Shown here one piece after another: positions 38,576 through 48,245 of a stretch of DNA of 64,000 bases. The stretch covers positions 361-64,360 of the forward strand of contig CAYLHJ010000003.1 in the NCBI GenBank assembly GCA_964383705.1, in the 5' to 3' direction. The number at the start of each line of letters is the position of its first letter. Within the stretch, counting starts at the first letter, position 1. The notes beneath the pieces were generated by a model. That model ran no database searches and was not told the DNA's origin. It was given only the letters and a program-made list of their open reading frames with translations. This stretch comes from an uncultured Candidatus Saccharibacteria bacterium. Lineage in GTDB: Bacteria > Patescibacteriota > Minisyncoccia > Phycocordibacterales > Zambryskibacteraceae. The position numbers were made by a program, and so were the translations under genes.

Positions 38576-39010
38576 TTATATGACACCCATTCCCCCAAGT
38601 TTTTCGGCCATGCCGTCTGCTTGGCGTTCAATGAGTTTTCTTTTCTCAGTCCAATCCTTTTCGTTCCAGATTTCTATTCGATCATATAGACCGGCGAATA
38701 TTACCTTGCTTTTCAGCTCGGCAAATTCTCTTAAGAAATCGGGTATGAGGATTCTCCCGATAGAATCAACCTCGACTTCAACTGCGCCGGAAAGCATAAA
38801 CCGACCGAAGTCTCGATTATCCCGATGCCCCATGGGAAGAGTTCCTAATTTTTTTGCAATATCTTCCCACGCTTTAAGCGGATATACCAAAAGACAAGTG
38901 TCAGGGCTTTTTGTGACAATCACTTTTCCCCCAAGTTCTTTCTTGAATTTTGCCGGCAATGAGATTCTTTTCTTCTCATCGACTGTGTGTGTATATTCGC
39001 CGATAAACAT
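38576..39010 (-). CDS. mraZ: division/cell wall cluster transcriptional repressor MraZ
   Basis: MFIGEYTHTVDEKKRISLP, DSIGRILIP, RIEIW. Confidence 0.96.
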   Translation of the reverse strand: MFIGEYTHTVDEKKRISLPAKFKKELGGKVIVTKSPDTCLLVYPLKAWEDIAKKLGTLPMGHRDNRDFGRFMLSGAVEVEVDSIGRILIPDFLREFAELKSKVIFAGLYDRIEIWNEKDWTEKRKLIERQADGMAEKLGGMGVI

Positions 39011-39047
39011 TTCATTGTTTTAAGCGCGGTGTTGTAGAAAATATTTT

Positions 39048-39115
39048 CCCACTTCTTCCCACTTGATAGAAAGTATATGACACTTAATCCCACTCCCCTA
39101 TACTTTTTATCCACT
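39048..39115 (-). promoter_or_regulatory. MraZ-binding direct repeats
   Basis: AGTG(G)G repeats on the minus strand with ~10-bp phasing (CACT at 39050, 39060, 39081, 39091, 39112), as in known GTGG-type MraZ operators. Confidence 0.75.
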
Positions 39116-39122
39116 TTTTTAT

Positions 39123-39139
39123 TGAACTTTAGTTCACCT
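39123..39139. promoter_or_regulatory. LexA (SOS) box upstream of mraZ
   Basis: TGAACTTTAGTTCACCT is 16/17 identical to TGAACTTTGGTTCACCT (1065-1081) in the lexA promoter. Confidence 0.7.
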
Positions 39140-39161
39140 TTAGAATTTTATACAAAACAAA

Positions 39162-39190
39162 AGCGCCACTCGATTATCCGAAGTGGCGCT
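39162..39190 (-). terminator. intrinsic terminator
   Basis: AGCGCCACT...AGTGGCGCT hairpin followed by a T tract on the minus strand. Confidence 0.7.
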
Positions 39191-39381
39191 CACCGTGAGA
39201 TCGTGCCCGTCGTGAGAGTCTTGATTTCTCTGAGGATTTCTTCGTGTTCAAGCTTCAAGAACTCACGAATTTCCTCCATCAACTTTGATTCTCCTGCCGA
39301 GAGCTTCTGGTTCTCAATTTGCTTGAGCACAAGCCCAGCATATTTGACCAGAAGCCTCGTCCTCAAATCTGGACGAGACAT
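39190..39381 (-). CDS. small helical hypothetical protein
   Basis: 63 aa from ATG 39381 with AAGGAG SD; own terminator. Confidence 0.55.
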   Translation of the reverse strand: MSRPDLRTRLLVKYAGLVLKQIENQKLSAGESKLMEEIREFLKLEHEEILREIKTLTTGTISR

Positions 39382-39444
39382 AGCTATCTCCTTTTGTTTG
39401 TTCCACCATAATAATAACACATTTATTTATAATATGCAAATATA

Positions 39445-39879
39445 TCAATCAGAAGACTCTATCCCCCTTGAAAGGGTTAGCCTTAAGGCGAAACTTCCAC
39501 ATGCCGGACGAGATTCTGGATTAGGAAGCAGGGGGTGCACCTGCTCTTTGCTTTTTCCTGCTTTTATTAAATTTCTAACAAACGCCCTGATAGTATCTTG
39601 AGTCGCATTGTGAGTTTTAGTTCTATTATCTGCTTTTTGAGAACTTTCTTCGCCGAAACCTTCTTCTTGCTGAGTATTGAGGTGTTCTAAAACTGATTTT
39701 GTGTACCGAAAACATTGATCAAATAAGTCTTCAAGTAATTCTTTCAGACCCTCATCACCTTCTACTAGCGCCTCAAGTTTATCAAGTGGCACCATCCAAT
39801 TATCAATTGAACCGTCAACTAATTCTTTCTCTAACGGCACTAACTCATCGTGCACTGATTCTGGTAGTTCAAAACTCAT
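39445..39879 (-). CDS. hypothetical helical protein (possibly DUF3232-like)
   Basis: ATG at 39879; D.RTKTHNA...R..CG.FAL pattern. Confidence 0.55.
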   Translation of the reverse strand: MSFELPESVHDELVPLEKELVDGSIDNWMVPLDKLEALVEGDEGLKELLEDLFDQCFRYTKSVLEHLNTQQEEGFGEESSQKADNRTKTHNATQDTIRAFVRNLIKAGKSKEQVHPLLPNPESRPACGSFALRLTLSRGIESSD

Positions 39880-40002
39880 TTTTAATCTAAATCTATCGAA
39901 TAAATTACTATTGAGTATAATACCACGTGGCAATGATGGGAAATACAAAAGGCGCCGCGATTTCCGAAGAAATTACGACGCCCCGAACTGCTTGAAGCGG
40001 GC

Positions 40003-40596
40003 CTAATGCGAGGAGGACCCCAGACCAAAGTACACTGAAGCAGGATCCCCCTTTAGATTCCAGCTACGCCAGATTTTGACGTAGAAAGAACCAGAACTCA
40101 ACTTCACCGCAGGACCAAAGTTGATTGCGAGTCTCTTGCTAGAAGTATCATAGTAGAGAGTCTCGTCGGCCCCGACATGGAGCCATGGATTCACCCTCAC
40201 TAACGCATCAATGAAGTGGAACCCGAAGTGATAGTCGCCACCAACACCACGAGAGTATTGATTCGACATGAAAACTGAAGATCGGCCCTCATTCACGAAG
40301 GTGTACAACTGAAGCGAAATGGCAGAGTAATCGCCCGCCATTCCACCAAGAGAAATGGAGTGCGAAACCTTACCATTTCCCACTGGCACCCCCACAAAAA
40401 AGCCAAATGTGTTTGGCTCATCAAAGTTATAGCGAGTATCGATCACGAACGGTAAGGTTTCGTCCGAGATGATGAACCACGGAAAGAAAGTGGTCTCCCC
40501 GTCAGATTGCTTTGCCCAGATAGAAAAGTCGCTCTGAGCACTCAGCTCCCCGACTGAAAGGAATGCGAGGATAATCCATGAACAAAACGCCTTCAT
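40003..40596 (-). CDS. secreted beta-strand-rich protein resembling an outer-membrane beta-barrel
   Basis: GGGGAG SD; signal peptide ...LSA-Q; alternating aromatic/Gly strands; terminal SVYFGLG. Confidence 0.6.
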   Translation of the reverse strand: MKAFCSWIILAFLSVGELSAQSDFSIWAKQSDGETTFFPWFIISDETLPFVIDTRYNFDEPNTFGFFVGVPVGNGKVSHSISLGGMAGDYSAISLQLYTFVNEGRSSVFMSNQYSRGVGGDYHFGFHFIDALVRVNPWLHVGADETLYYDTSSKRLAINFGPAVKLSSGSFYVKIWRSWNLKGDPASVYFGLGSSSH

Positions 40597-40712
40597 ACTC
40601 CCCCCGTGAGATGAAGAAATGTTTAAGTACCCTATCCACCCACAATTATAACAAAAATATATGGCTATTGTCAATAGCTATAAGTTAGGTTTATTTTAAT
40701 AAGAAGAAAATA

Positions 40713-42188
40713 CTAATTTCTTGGTTTGAGAGTAGGAAATAGAATCACTTCCTTTATATTTTTTATATCAGTTAAGACCATAACCAAGCGATCAATACCG
40801 ATACCAATTCCACCATTTGGCGGCATACCGTATTCCATCGCTTCAAGATATTCTAGGTCGGATGGAGAAATTTCTTTTTCTCCCGCTGTTCCCTTCTTGT
40901 CTTGTTCTAAATATCTTTCTTTTTGATCAAGCGGATTATTGAGTTCGGAAAAAGCATTCACAAGTTCTACTCCTCCAATAACAAGTTGGAAGCGATCAAT
41001 TAAATCTTTATTCTCTTCCTTTCTCTTGGCAAATGGATTAAAGGATACTGGATAATCTACAATAAATGTCGGCTGAATGAGCTTTGGTCTGGCTACCTTT
41101 TTATAAATATTATCTAGTATCTTTTCTAAACTATCTTTTGAATCAACCTTAACACCAAGTTGCTCTGCCCGAAGAGCCGCGTCATCTCGAGATAAAGATT
41201 CCGGATTAGGAATAAGGGCATGATGTCTTAGTAAATCGTAAAACGGAACAACATTAAATTTTTTCTTTACATCAATATTATTTCCGTCGTAGACAAAAAT
41301 ATTTTTTCCAAAGAGATTCTTCACTATGTATTGAAAAAGTTCTTGAATAAAATCCATCTGGCTCTTGGCGTCTGCATAGGCTTCATTTGATTCAAGCATT
41401 GTAAACTCTGGATTATGACTCGTATCAACCCCCTCATTACGGAAACGCTTGCCTATTTCAAAAACTTTAGTAAAACCCCCAGCCAAAAGCTCTTTAAGAT
41501 AAAGTTCTTGGGCTATAGTCAAATGAAAATCCGTCTGCAAAGCATTGTGATGAGTTATAAACGGTTGGGCGGTGGCGCCACCAGCCAAAGATTGCAGAAT
41601 AGGCAAATCTACTTCAAGAAAACCTTTAGAATCATAAAATCCCCTGACTAAAGAAATTATTTTCGAACGAGTTAAAAACCTCTCTCTCACCTCTTCTGAC
41701 ATTAATAAATCTAGATATCTGTGACGAAAGCGTTCTTCAGTGTCTTGCAAGCCGTGCCACTTTTCCGGAAGAGGCCTCAGTGATTTAGCGAGCATCCGCC
41801 ATGAATTTATAAGAATTGTTTTTTCTTTTCTCTTTGTAAGAAAGAGCGTCCCGGACACTTCTATAAAATCTCCGATATCAACCGTATTTTCAAAAAGCTC
41901 AAAAGCATCCTTTGGTATCCCCTCATCAGATTTAAGCATGCCCTGAAGCTTGTCAGTGCCATCAAAAAAATGAAAAAAGGTTATTGCCCCTTGCGGACGA
42001 AGAGACATAACCCTGCCAACAAGAGAATAATGTTTCTTTTTTGATTTTGATAATTTGGCAAAGTTTTTATTTACAAAAGAAAGCTCATAGTCTTGGTTGG
42101 CGTGAGAAGGATAAGCATTTACACCCAAACCCTCAAGGGCTTTCAGCTTTTCAAGTCTAGTATTTCTAATTTCTTCAAGAGAAGCCAT
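40713..42188 (-). CDS. lysS: lysine--tRNA ligase (class II)
   Basis: PLPEKWHGL, RYLDL, FRNEG, HNPEFT, YGMPPNGGIGIGIDRL. Confidence 0.98.
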   Translation of the reverse strand: MASLEEIRNTRLEKLKALEGLGVNAYPSHANQDYELSFVNKNFAKLSKSKKKHYSLVGRVMSLRPQGAITFFHFFDGTDKLQGMLKSDEGIPKDAFELFENTVDIGDFIEVSGTLFLTKRKEKTILINSWRMLAKSLRPLPEKWHGLQDTEERFRHRYLDLLMSEEVRERFLTRSKIISLVRGFYDSKGFLEVDLPILQSLAGGATAQPFITHHNALQTDFHLTIAQELYLKELLAGGFTKVFEIGKRFRNEGVDTSHNPEFTMLESNEAYADAKSQMDFIQELFQYIVKNLFGKNIFVYDGNNIDVKKKFNVVPFYDLLRHHALIPNPESLSRDDAALRAEQLGVKVDSKDSLEKILDNIYKKVARPKLIQPTFIVDYPVSFNPFAKRKEENKDLIDRFQLVIGGVELVNAFSELNNPLDQKERYLEQDKKGTAGEKEISPSDLEYLEAMEYGMPPNGGIGIGIDRLVMVLTDIKNIKEVILFPTLKPRN

Positions 42189-42262
42189 TTTAAAAACAAA
42201 AGTGACTGATAAATAGGCGAATGAAAATCAAACAGAAACAGTTATTTACTGGATTTAAACGC

Positions 42263-42736
42263 CTATTTAATGTCAACTATCTTATATTCCATCATACCAG
42301 AGGGTGTGGTGAAAGAGAACAATTCACCCTTCTTCTTACCTAAAATAGCTGAACCGAGTGGAGATTTGACAGATATTTTTCCAACACTAGAATCGGCCTC
42401 TTCAGAACCGACAATAGTAAATATCCTAGACTCTTTCTCTTTTTCTCTCTTCACAGTAACAGTTGAACCAACGGAGACTGAATCCGTATCGTGACTGGAG
42501 ATAATCGTTGCATGCTTTAAGACCATTTCAAGCTTTGCAATACGGTCTTCAACGGAAGCCTGCGTATCACGAGCTTCGTGATACTCAGCATTTTCGGACA
42601 AATCACCCAAACTTTTGGCATATTCAAGATTCTCTGCCACCTCTTTCCGGCGAACAGTTTTCAACGTTGCGAGTTCATTTTTAAACTCTTCGTATTTTTC
42701 TTTCGTTAGATATTCGTGTTCGTCTTTCATATACAT
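42263..42736 (-). CDS. greA: transcription elongation factor GreA
   Basis: GDLSENAEYHEAR, ISVKSPLGSAILG. Confidence 0.97.
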   Translation of the reverse strand: MYMKDEHEYLTKEKYEEFKNELATLKTVRRKEVAENLEYAKSLGDLSENAEYHEARDTQASVEDRIAKLEMVLKHATIISSHDTDSVSVGSTVTVKREKEKESRIFTIVGSEEADSSVGKISVKSPLGSAILGKKKGELFSFTTPSGMMEYKIVDIK

Positions 42737-42802
42737 TGACGCTACATTATAGGGCTAAGTCAGCAAAAGTCAATCTGATAGATAGAAGCCCATTTTTACG
42801 AC

Positions 42803-44509
42803 CTAAAGAACATATTCTGGAGTATTAATATACATCCATTCAAAAAGTTGGCGCATGATAGAGGTGGCGCCAATTTGGTTTGCATATGGCCCTTTTTCCA
42901 TTAAAACCAGAAAGGCGTAGCGAGGATTTTCATAAGGAAAATAACCCATAACCCACGAATTAACCAAAGCTTTGGCGCTTCCGAGCTCTGCAGTACCAGT
43001 TTTCGCCGCCACGGTTATTCCTGGCATTAAAAGACCTTTTGCTGTGCCCTCCAAGACAGACAAACGCATACCTTCACGAATAATTTTAAAATTCTCCTCC
43101 AGAAAAGGAAGTTTTTGCGGTTCACTTTTTGGCTTATTATCTTTGAGTATTGTTGGCGTAACAAGTATTCCACCATTTGCAAGAGAAGCCACAGCGCGAA
43201 CTCCTTGAATAGGGGTAACTTGGAAACCATACTGACCAATAGAACTGTTATATGTATCTCCAACTCTCCAGTCACCATCTTCATAATTTAATTTTTTCCA
43301 TTCAAGACTCGGCACGTTTCCACTTTCCTCTCCAAACAAATCAATTCCTGTCTTGCTACCAAAACCGAAGAGTTTTGTATATTTCTCAATATTAGCAATA
43401 CCAATTCCTTTTTGACCATCATGACCTCCACCGACCGTGAAAAAGTAGACGTTTGAAGAAACTGCCAGTGCGTGTCTTAAATCAACTAGACCATGCGCCT
43501 TCCAATCTTTAAAAATTGTTTTTTTAGTTTCATCATATGGGTTCGGGATAGAGATGGAGCCAGTAGAAAGAATTTGTTTCATTGGATCAATAATCCCCTC
43601 TGAAAGTACCCCCATTGCCACAAATGGCTTGATAATAGAGCCGGGGATAAATTGTCCGGCCACTGCTCTATTTAAAAACGGATTGCCTGGATGATTGAGA
43701 AGATTTTGAATTTTTTCACTGTCACCACCCGAAGTCATTACGTTTTGGTCATACTCGGGATAACTTGAAATTGCTAAAATTTCTCCAGTATTAATATCCA
43801 TTATTACCCCGGCGCCAGCAACAAATTCTCGATCGATTACTGTTTCGTGCATCAGTTCATAAAGTTTTTGATTCACCGCTGAATCGATAGAAAGGGTGAT
43901 ATTTTCTCCATCTTTTGGCGAAGTTAAAACACTTTCTGATTGGACATTACCCAGCGCGTCAGTTTCTGTAATTTTCAAGCCATTCGACCCAGAAAGTTTT
44001 TCATTAAATTCAAGTTCTACACCATCTTTAGGGTTAAATTCATTGTTGTAATAAACGCCATATTTATCTTTTGATGGATATTTCACATAACCTACAAGAT
44101 GGGCGACCCCAGAAATTGGCGCGTAAGATCGTAAAGAAAAATCGCCGTTTGTATTTAAAATATTTTGGGCAAGTTCTATTTTATTCCTGTCATAAATAAT
44201 TCCTCGATTGGCAAAAATTGTGGTATGCCTTAAATGATTATTCTCGCTTCTCTCTCTATATTCATTGCCTTGAGCGACTTGAAGCATAAAAAGTCGACCA
44301 AAAAAGACTGAACCGATTAGAAATACAACAACTGAAAACCAAACAAAAGTTACTTTTGAGATAGGTTTTTCTAGTCTGCCCTCAAATTGGTGTGTGTCAA
44401 ATTGAGGGAGGTTTGAGGAATCAAGAAATATTTCCTCGGGCTGTATTTCCCCGCCAATTTTAATCCTATTGCCTGAAAATATTTTTCTTTTAATTTTCTT
44501 AAAATTCAC
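42803..44509 (-). CDS. mrdA: penicillin-binding protein 2 (MrdA)
   Basis: NRGIIYDRN, PGSIIK, SSN, KTGTAE; downstream of mreBC. Confidence 0.9.
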   Translation of the reverse strand: MNFKKIKRKIFSGNRIKIGGEIQPEEIFLDSSNLPQFDTHQFEGRLEKPISKVTFVWFSVVVFLIGSVFFGRLFMLQVAQGNEYRERSENNHLRHTTIFANRGIIYDRNKIELAQNILNTNGDFSLRSYAPISGVAHLVGYVKYPSKDKYGVYYNNEFNPKDGVELEFNEKLSGSNGLKITETDALGNVQSESVLTSPKDGENITLSIDSAVNQKLYELMHETVIDREFVAGAGVIMDINTGEILAISSYPEYDQNVMTSGGDSEKIQNLLNHPGNPFLNRAVAGQFIPGSIIKPFVAMGVLSEGIIDPMKQILSTGSISIPNPYDETKKTIFKDWKAHGLVDLRHALAVSSNVYFFTVGGGHDGQKGIGIANIEKYTKLFGFGSKTGIDLFGEESGNVPSLEWKKLNYEDGDWRVGDTYNSSIGQYGFQVTPIQGVRAVASLANGGILVTPTILKDNKPKSEPQKLPFLEENFKIIREGMRLSVLEGTAKGLLMPGITVAAKTGTAELGSAKALVNSWVMGYFPYENPRYAFLVLMEKGPYANQIGATSIMRQLFEWMYINTPEYVL

Positions 44510-44516
44510 AGGCCAA

Positions 44517-44789
44517 TTATACCCTAAGAATCAGATGCTCCTTAAGCCACAAAGATATGAAAAAGAAAACACTCGAAACAAAGAAAAAAATGTTAGAAAA
44601 GATAAAACCATTTGATATTACACCATAAAGACCATCCAAAAATACCCCTATAAAAATAGCCTCGATCGGGAACGGGAAAAGTAGGATAAAGCAAACAGTA
44701 AGCACTATGGTTGTCCACCAAGGAAAATAAAAGAGTGATAAAAAAAGAGCAAAAAGTGCAATAATTCGCTGAAAGATTTTAAATTGCAT
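44517..44789 (-). CDS. small polytopic membrane protein, probably MreD-like
   Basis: Hydrophobic, G..LD.LYG motif, between mreC and PBP2. Confidence 0.55.
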   Translation of the reverse strand: MQFKIFQRIIALFALFLSLFYFPWWTTIVLTVCFILLFPFPIEAIFIGVFLDGLYGVISNGFIFSNIFFFVSSVFFFISLWLKEHLILRV

Positions 44790-45573
44790 GGAGAATTTCA
44801 ACAAAACGAATAGAAAACAAATTTACTGGAATTATGAGTCTAACAACTTTGAGGGAATCGGTTTCTGTAGTTTCAATACTTGCAACACGAGCAAGAGAGA
44901 AAGATGGATTTGCTGACAATACAACAAGCTCACCGGGCGATATTTCCAAATCTCTTGGGACTTTCACAGAAAAATTTCCCCCGCCTTTCCCAATTAGTGT
45001 GAGTGGCTCACCACCATCTAAAAGCCGAGCTTCAGTCTGCACATTAGGGCTTGAGTAAAGCTCAACCTTAGCAAGCGTATCTAAATCCTCTATCACCTTT
45101 CCTAAAGCAACACTACCAATAACAGCTGTGCCACCGACCACAATAGAGTCATCGTCAGGAACGTTAACAAATAAAAGATCGTATGGTGATTGAACTGGAA
45201 AAGAAACGACTGGGACAACCGAGCCACGCTCTCGTGATTCAATGTTTAAAAGTTTTCTTAGTTCTTCGTTTTCGGTGAATGTAAGTTCATAAAAAATTGC
45301 TTTTTCGTTCTGTTCGTCAATCTTATTCTTTAATTTTTCATTTTCCTGAATAAGTTCCTCCTTTGAAGAAAATATTTTGTTCGCCATACTTTCAATACCA
45401 AGAGAATCTTTAAATTTCCAAATAGGTTTAGCTATATTTGCTATAGTCCCAGGAAAAAAACTTGGAGCAAATATCTGAATAATAAAAACAAGAGTAAAGA
45501 TAAAAAATCCTACAAGAAATACCTTGCGATTACTTTTTTTTGTTTTAGGTTGTAGAAGGTAATTCGTCTTCAT
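44779..45573 (-). CDS. mreC: rod shape-determining protein MreC
   Basis: TM, coiled coil ENEELRKLL, beta domain; follows mreB. Confidence 0.85.
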   Translation of the reverse strand: MKTNYLLQPKTKKSNRKVFLVGFFIFTLVFIIQIFAPSFFPGTIANIAKPIWKFKDSLGIESMANKIFSSKEELIQENEKLKNKIDEQNEKAIFYELTFTENEELRKLLNIESRERGSVVPVVSFPVQSPYDLLFVNVPDDDSIVVGGTAVIGSVALGKVIEDLDTLAKVELYSSPNVQTEARLLDGGEPLTLIGKGGGNFSVKVPRDLEISPGELVVLSANPSFSLARVASIETTETDSLKVVRLIIPVNLFSIRFVEILHAI

Positions 45574-46612
45574 TTTGAATAAGAACTTCTTTAAATCCTT
45601 CTAAATCCTCTAAAACTATCCCCGTCCCACGAGCCACAGCAGTCAGTGGGTCAGGAGCCACATGAACAGGAATCTTTATTTCTTCCTCAATAAGTTGAGC
45701 TAAACCTTTAATGAGCGCCCCCCCACCAGCCAAGTAAATACCTCGATTCATTATGTCAGAGAGAACTTCAGGTGGGGTGGTTTCCAAAACTTCTCGTGTC
45801 GACTCAATCAGGCTTGCAATGGATTGAGAAATTGCTTCACGAATATCAGAATCAGTAATGATAACTTCCCGAGGTAATCCAGTGACCAAATCTCTACCTT
45901 TGATTGATGCTTCAAGCGGGGTTTCACCAGGAAGAACCGCACCAATAACAATTTTTACATTTTCTGCTGTTTTTTCTCCAATAAGAATTTTAAATTCACT
46001 CCTAATATAAGAAATGATGTCAGAATTTAAAGTATCGCCCGCAATGCGCAAATTCTTTGCACGGACAACCCCACTAAGTGAAATTACAGCTATATCAGAA
46101 GTTCCTCCGCCAATGTCTATGATCATAGTACCAATGGGATCCTTAACGGGAAGCCTAACACCAATAGCCGCCGCCATAGGCTCCTCAATTATGTGCACCT
46201 CTCCCGCACCAGCATTTCTAGTAGCGTCGCGGACAGCCCTGATTTCAACATTTGTAATACCTGAGGGGACACCCACAACAACCCTTGGACCAAAAAGTTT
46301 TTTTGAGTTTTTTTGTGCTTTATTTAGTAAATAAGTAATCATCTCTTCTGTGACCTCAAAATCAGAGATAACGCCATCAACGAGAGGTTTGACCGCCACG
46401 ATATGGTTTGGAGTTCTACCAAGCATTTGTTTCGCTTCAGAACCAACTGCAACAACTTGTCCGGTTTTTTGATTGACGGCAACAACAGATGGCTCATTAA
46501 TGATAATGCCTTGCCCACGCAAATAAACCAGAGTATTGGCTGTACCTAAATCAATGCCGATATCATTCGACAATATTCGCCTTAATTTTTCATATCTACT
46601 TCCTTTAAACAT
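45545..46612 (-). CDS. mreB: rod shape-determining protein MreB
   Basis: IGIDLGTANT, EPSVVA, EEPMAAAIG, DIGGGT, LAGGGAL. Confidence 0.96.
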   Translation of the reverse strand: MFKGSRYEKLRRILSNDIGIDLGTANTLVYLRGQGIIINEPSVVAVNQKTGQVVAVGSEAKQMLGRTPNHIVAVKPLVDGVISDFEVTEEMITYLLNKAQKNSKKLFGPRVVVGVPSGITNVEIRAVRDATRNAGAGEVHIIEEPMAAAIGVRLPVKDPIGTMIIDIGGGTSDIAVISLSGVVRAKNLRIAGDTLNSDIISYIRSEFKILIGEKTAENVKIVIGAVLPGETPLEASIKGRDLVTGLPREVIITDSDIREAISQSIASLIESTREVLETTPPEVLSDIMNRGIYLAGGGALIKGLAQLIEEEIKIPVHVAPDPLTAVARGTGIVLEDLEGFKEVLIQNEDELPSTT

Positions 46613-46614
46613 AT

Positions 46615-47874
46615 CTAGTGGAAAAAATGACCTAAAGATGAAAAGATATTGTCCTGAGGAACAATTACTGTCTTTCCACTCTTCCTTTCTTTTATTTCAA
46701 GTGTCTTTTCTGCAATACCGCGATCACTAACTATAATCTGATACGGAATACCAATGAGGTCTGCGTCAGCGAACTTCTCTCCTGCTCGCAAATCCCTGTC
46801 ATCATAAAGAACTTCTATATTTTTTGAAAGTTCTGAATAGATTTCTTTTGCATAATTTGTCACATTTTCATCCTTACCTTTAATCTCAATAAGATGAATA
46901 TAAAATGGAGCGACAGATTCTGGCCAAACCACACCCTTTTCATCAGAAAGAGTTTCAACTATTGTCCCCATTACTCGGCCCGGCCCGATACCATAACTTC
47001 CCATTATTACCATTCTCTTTTCGCCACTTTCATCTGTAAAAAATAATTCGAATGCTTCTGAGAATTTCGTTCCCAATGAAAATATATTTCCAACTTCAAT
47101 GGCTTTTTTCTCTACAAGGCTGTCACGAGAGAGATTCAAATCACCTAACACTTCATCATTCAGCACCTCTTTATTTACAGCAATTTTTTTATTTTCATCA
47201 ACAAAAATGATATCTTCACCCGCATCAGATATTGTCTGGAATTCATGAGAATATTTACTAAAGGTACCGCCACTTGCAAAGGTTATAAATGTTCTCCCCC
47301 CTAAACCGACCCGATCAAAAATGGTTATATATGCTTGTTTCACCTTTTCGTAAAGTGCATTATGTTCTTCCTGATCTTTAGTAAAAGAATAGAGGTCTTT
47401 CATACCAAATTCCCTTCCCCTTAAAATCCCACTTTTAGCCCTAGATTCATTTCTAAACTTAGTTTGAATTTGATAAACCAGTTTAGGCAAATCACGATAA
47501 GAACTTATGTATTCCTTCATAAGAGAAGTAATCGGTTCTTCGTGAGTAAAACCGAGACCAAGATCACTTCCGTTTTTAAGTTTTGTTTTAAACCAATTGT
47601 CTACAACTTCATCACTCCATCGATTGGTTTTATCCCAAATTTCTTTGTCTTGAAGTGCGGTTAAAAAAATTTCTTGTCCGCCAAGATTATTCATCTCTTC
47701 GCGAATAATATTTTGAATTTTATTAATAACGCGAAGGCCCATCGGAAGATAAGAATATGCGCCGGCCATTTCTTTATGCACATATCCAGCACGAACAAGC
47801 AACTCAGCATTTTTTGCAATCTCGTCTTTTGGCCCCTCCCTCCTTGTCTTTGTAAAGAGTTGTGATTGTCTCAT
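46615..47874 (-). CDS. proS: proline--tRNA ligase (short form, no editing domain)
   Basis: MRQSQLF, THEEP, KFRNESRAKSGILRGREF, IEVGNIF.LG, MGSYGIG. Confidence 0.95.
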   Translation of the reverse strand: MRQSQLFTKTRREGPKDEIAKNAELLVRAGYVHKEMAGAYSYLPMGLRVINKIQNIIREEMNNLGGQEIFLTALQDKEIWDKTNRWSDEVVDNWFKTKLKNGSDLGLGFTHEEPITSLMKEYISSYRDLPKLVYQIQTKFRNESRAKSGILRGREFGMKDLYSFTKDQEEHNALYEKVKQAYITIFDRVGLGGRTFITFASGGTFSKYSHEFQTISDAGEDIIFVDENKKIAVNKEVLNDEVLGDLNLSRDSLVEKKAIEVGNIFSLGTKFSEAFELFFTDESGEKRMVIMGSYGIGPGRVMGTIVETLSDEKGVVWPESVAPFYIHLIEIKGKDENVTNYAKEIYSELSKNIEVLYDDRDLRAGEKFADADLIGIPYQIIVSDRGIAEKTLEIKERKSGKTVIVPQDNIFSSLGHFFH

Positions 47875-47941
47875 TGCCAAAATATTACAGGAAATAAAGT
47901 AGTTAAGCAAAAATGGATTGACACGAATAAAAAAATGTTAC

Positions 47942-48238
47942 CTAAGAGGCCTGAGGAGTTCTATGGACAGATTCTAATCTGTCCGCGATTTCTTTTATAA
48001 CTTCATCTGGATGCTCTTGCGCTCGAACAAAAAAATCTTCTTCATTGTTAACTCTTGTGTTAAATAACAAGCGAAATTCAGTAGAAAATTCATCAATCCA
48101 AGCTTCGGCTTTTTTAATATCATGAACACCTTCTGCTAAAAAATGTTTCATGACACCAGTTTGAATAATCATTTTGACTCTAAGAAATTCTTGGGGCGGT
48201 ATAGTTTCTTTTTTTGTTGGAACACCTTCTTGGTTCAT
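47942..48238 (-). CDS. hypothetical protein
   Basis: 98-aa ORF in operon context between rseP and proS. Confidence 0.6.
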   Translation of the reverse strand: MNQEGVPTKKETIPPQEFLRVKMIIQTGVMKHFLAEGVHDIKKAEAWIDEFSTEFRLLFNTRVNNEEDFFVRAQEHPDEVIKEIADRLESVHRTPQAS

Positions 48239-48245
48239 TTTCTCC

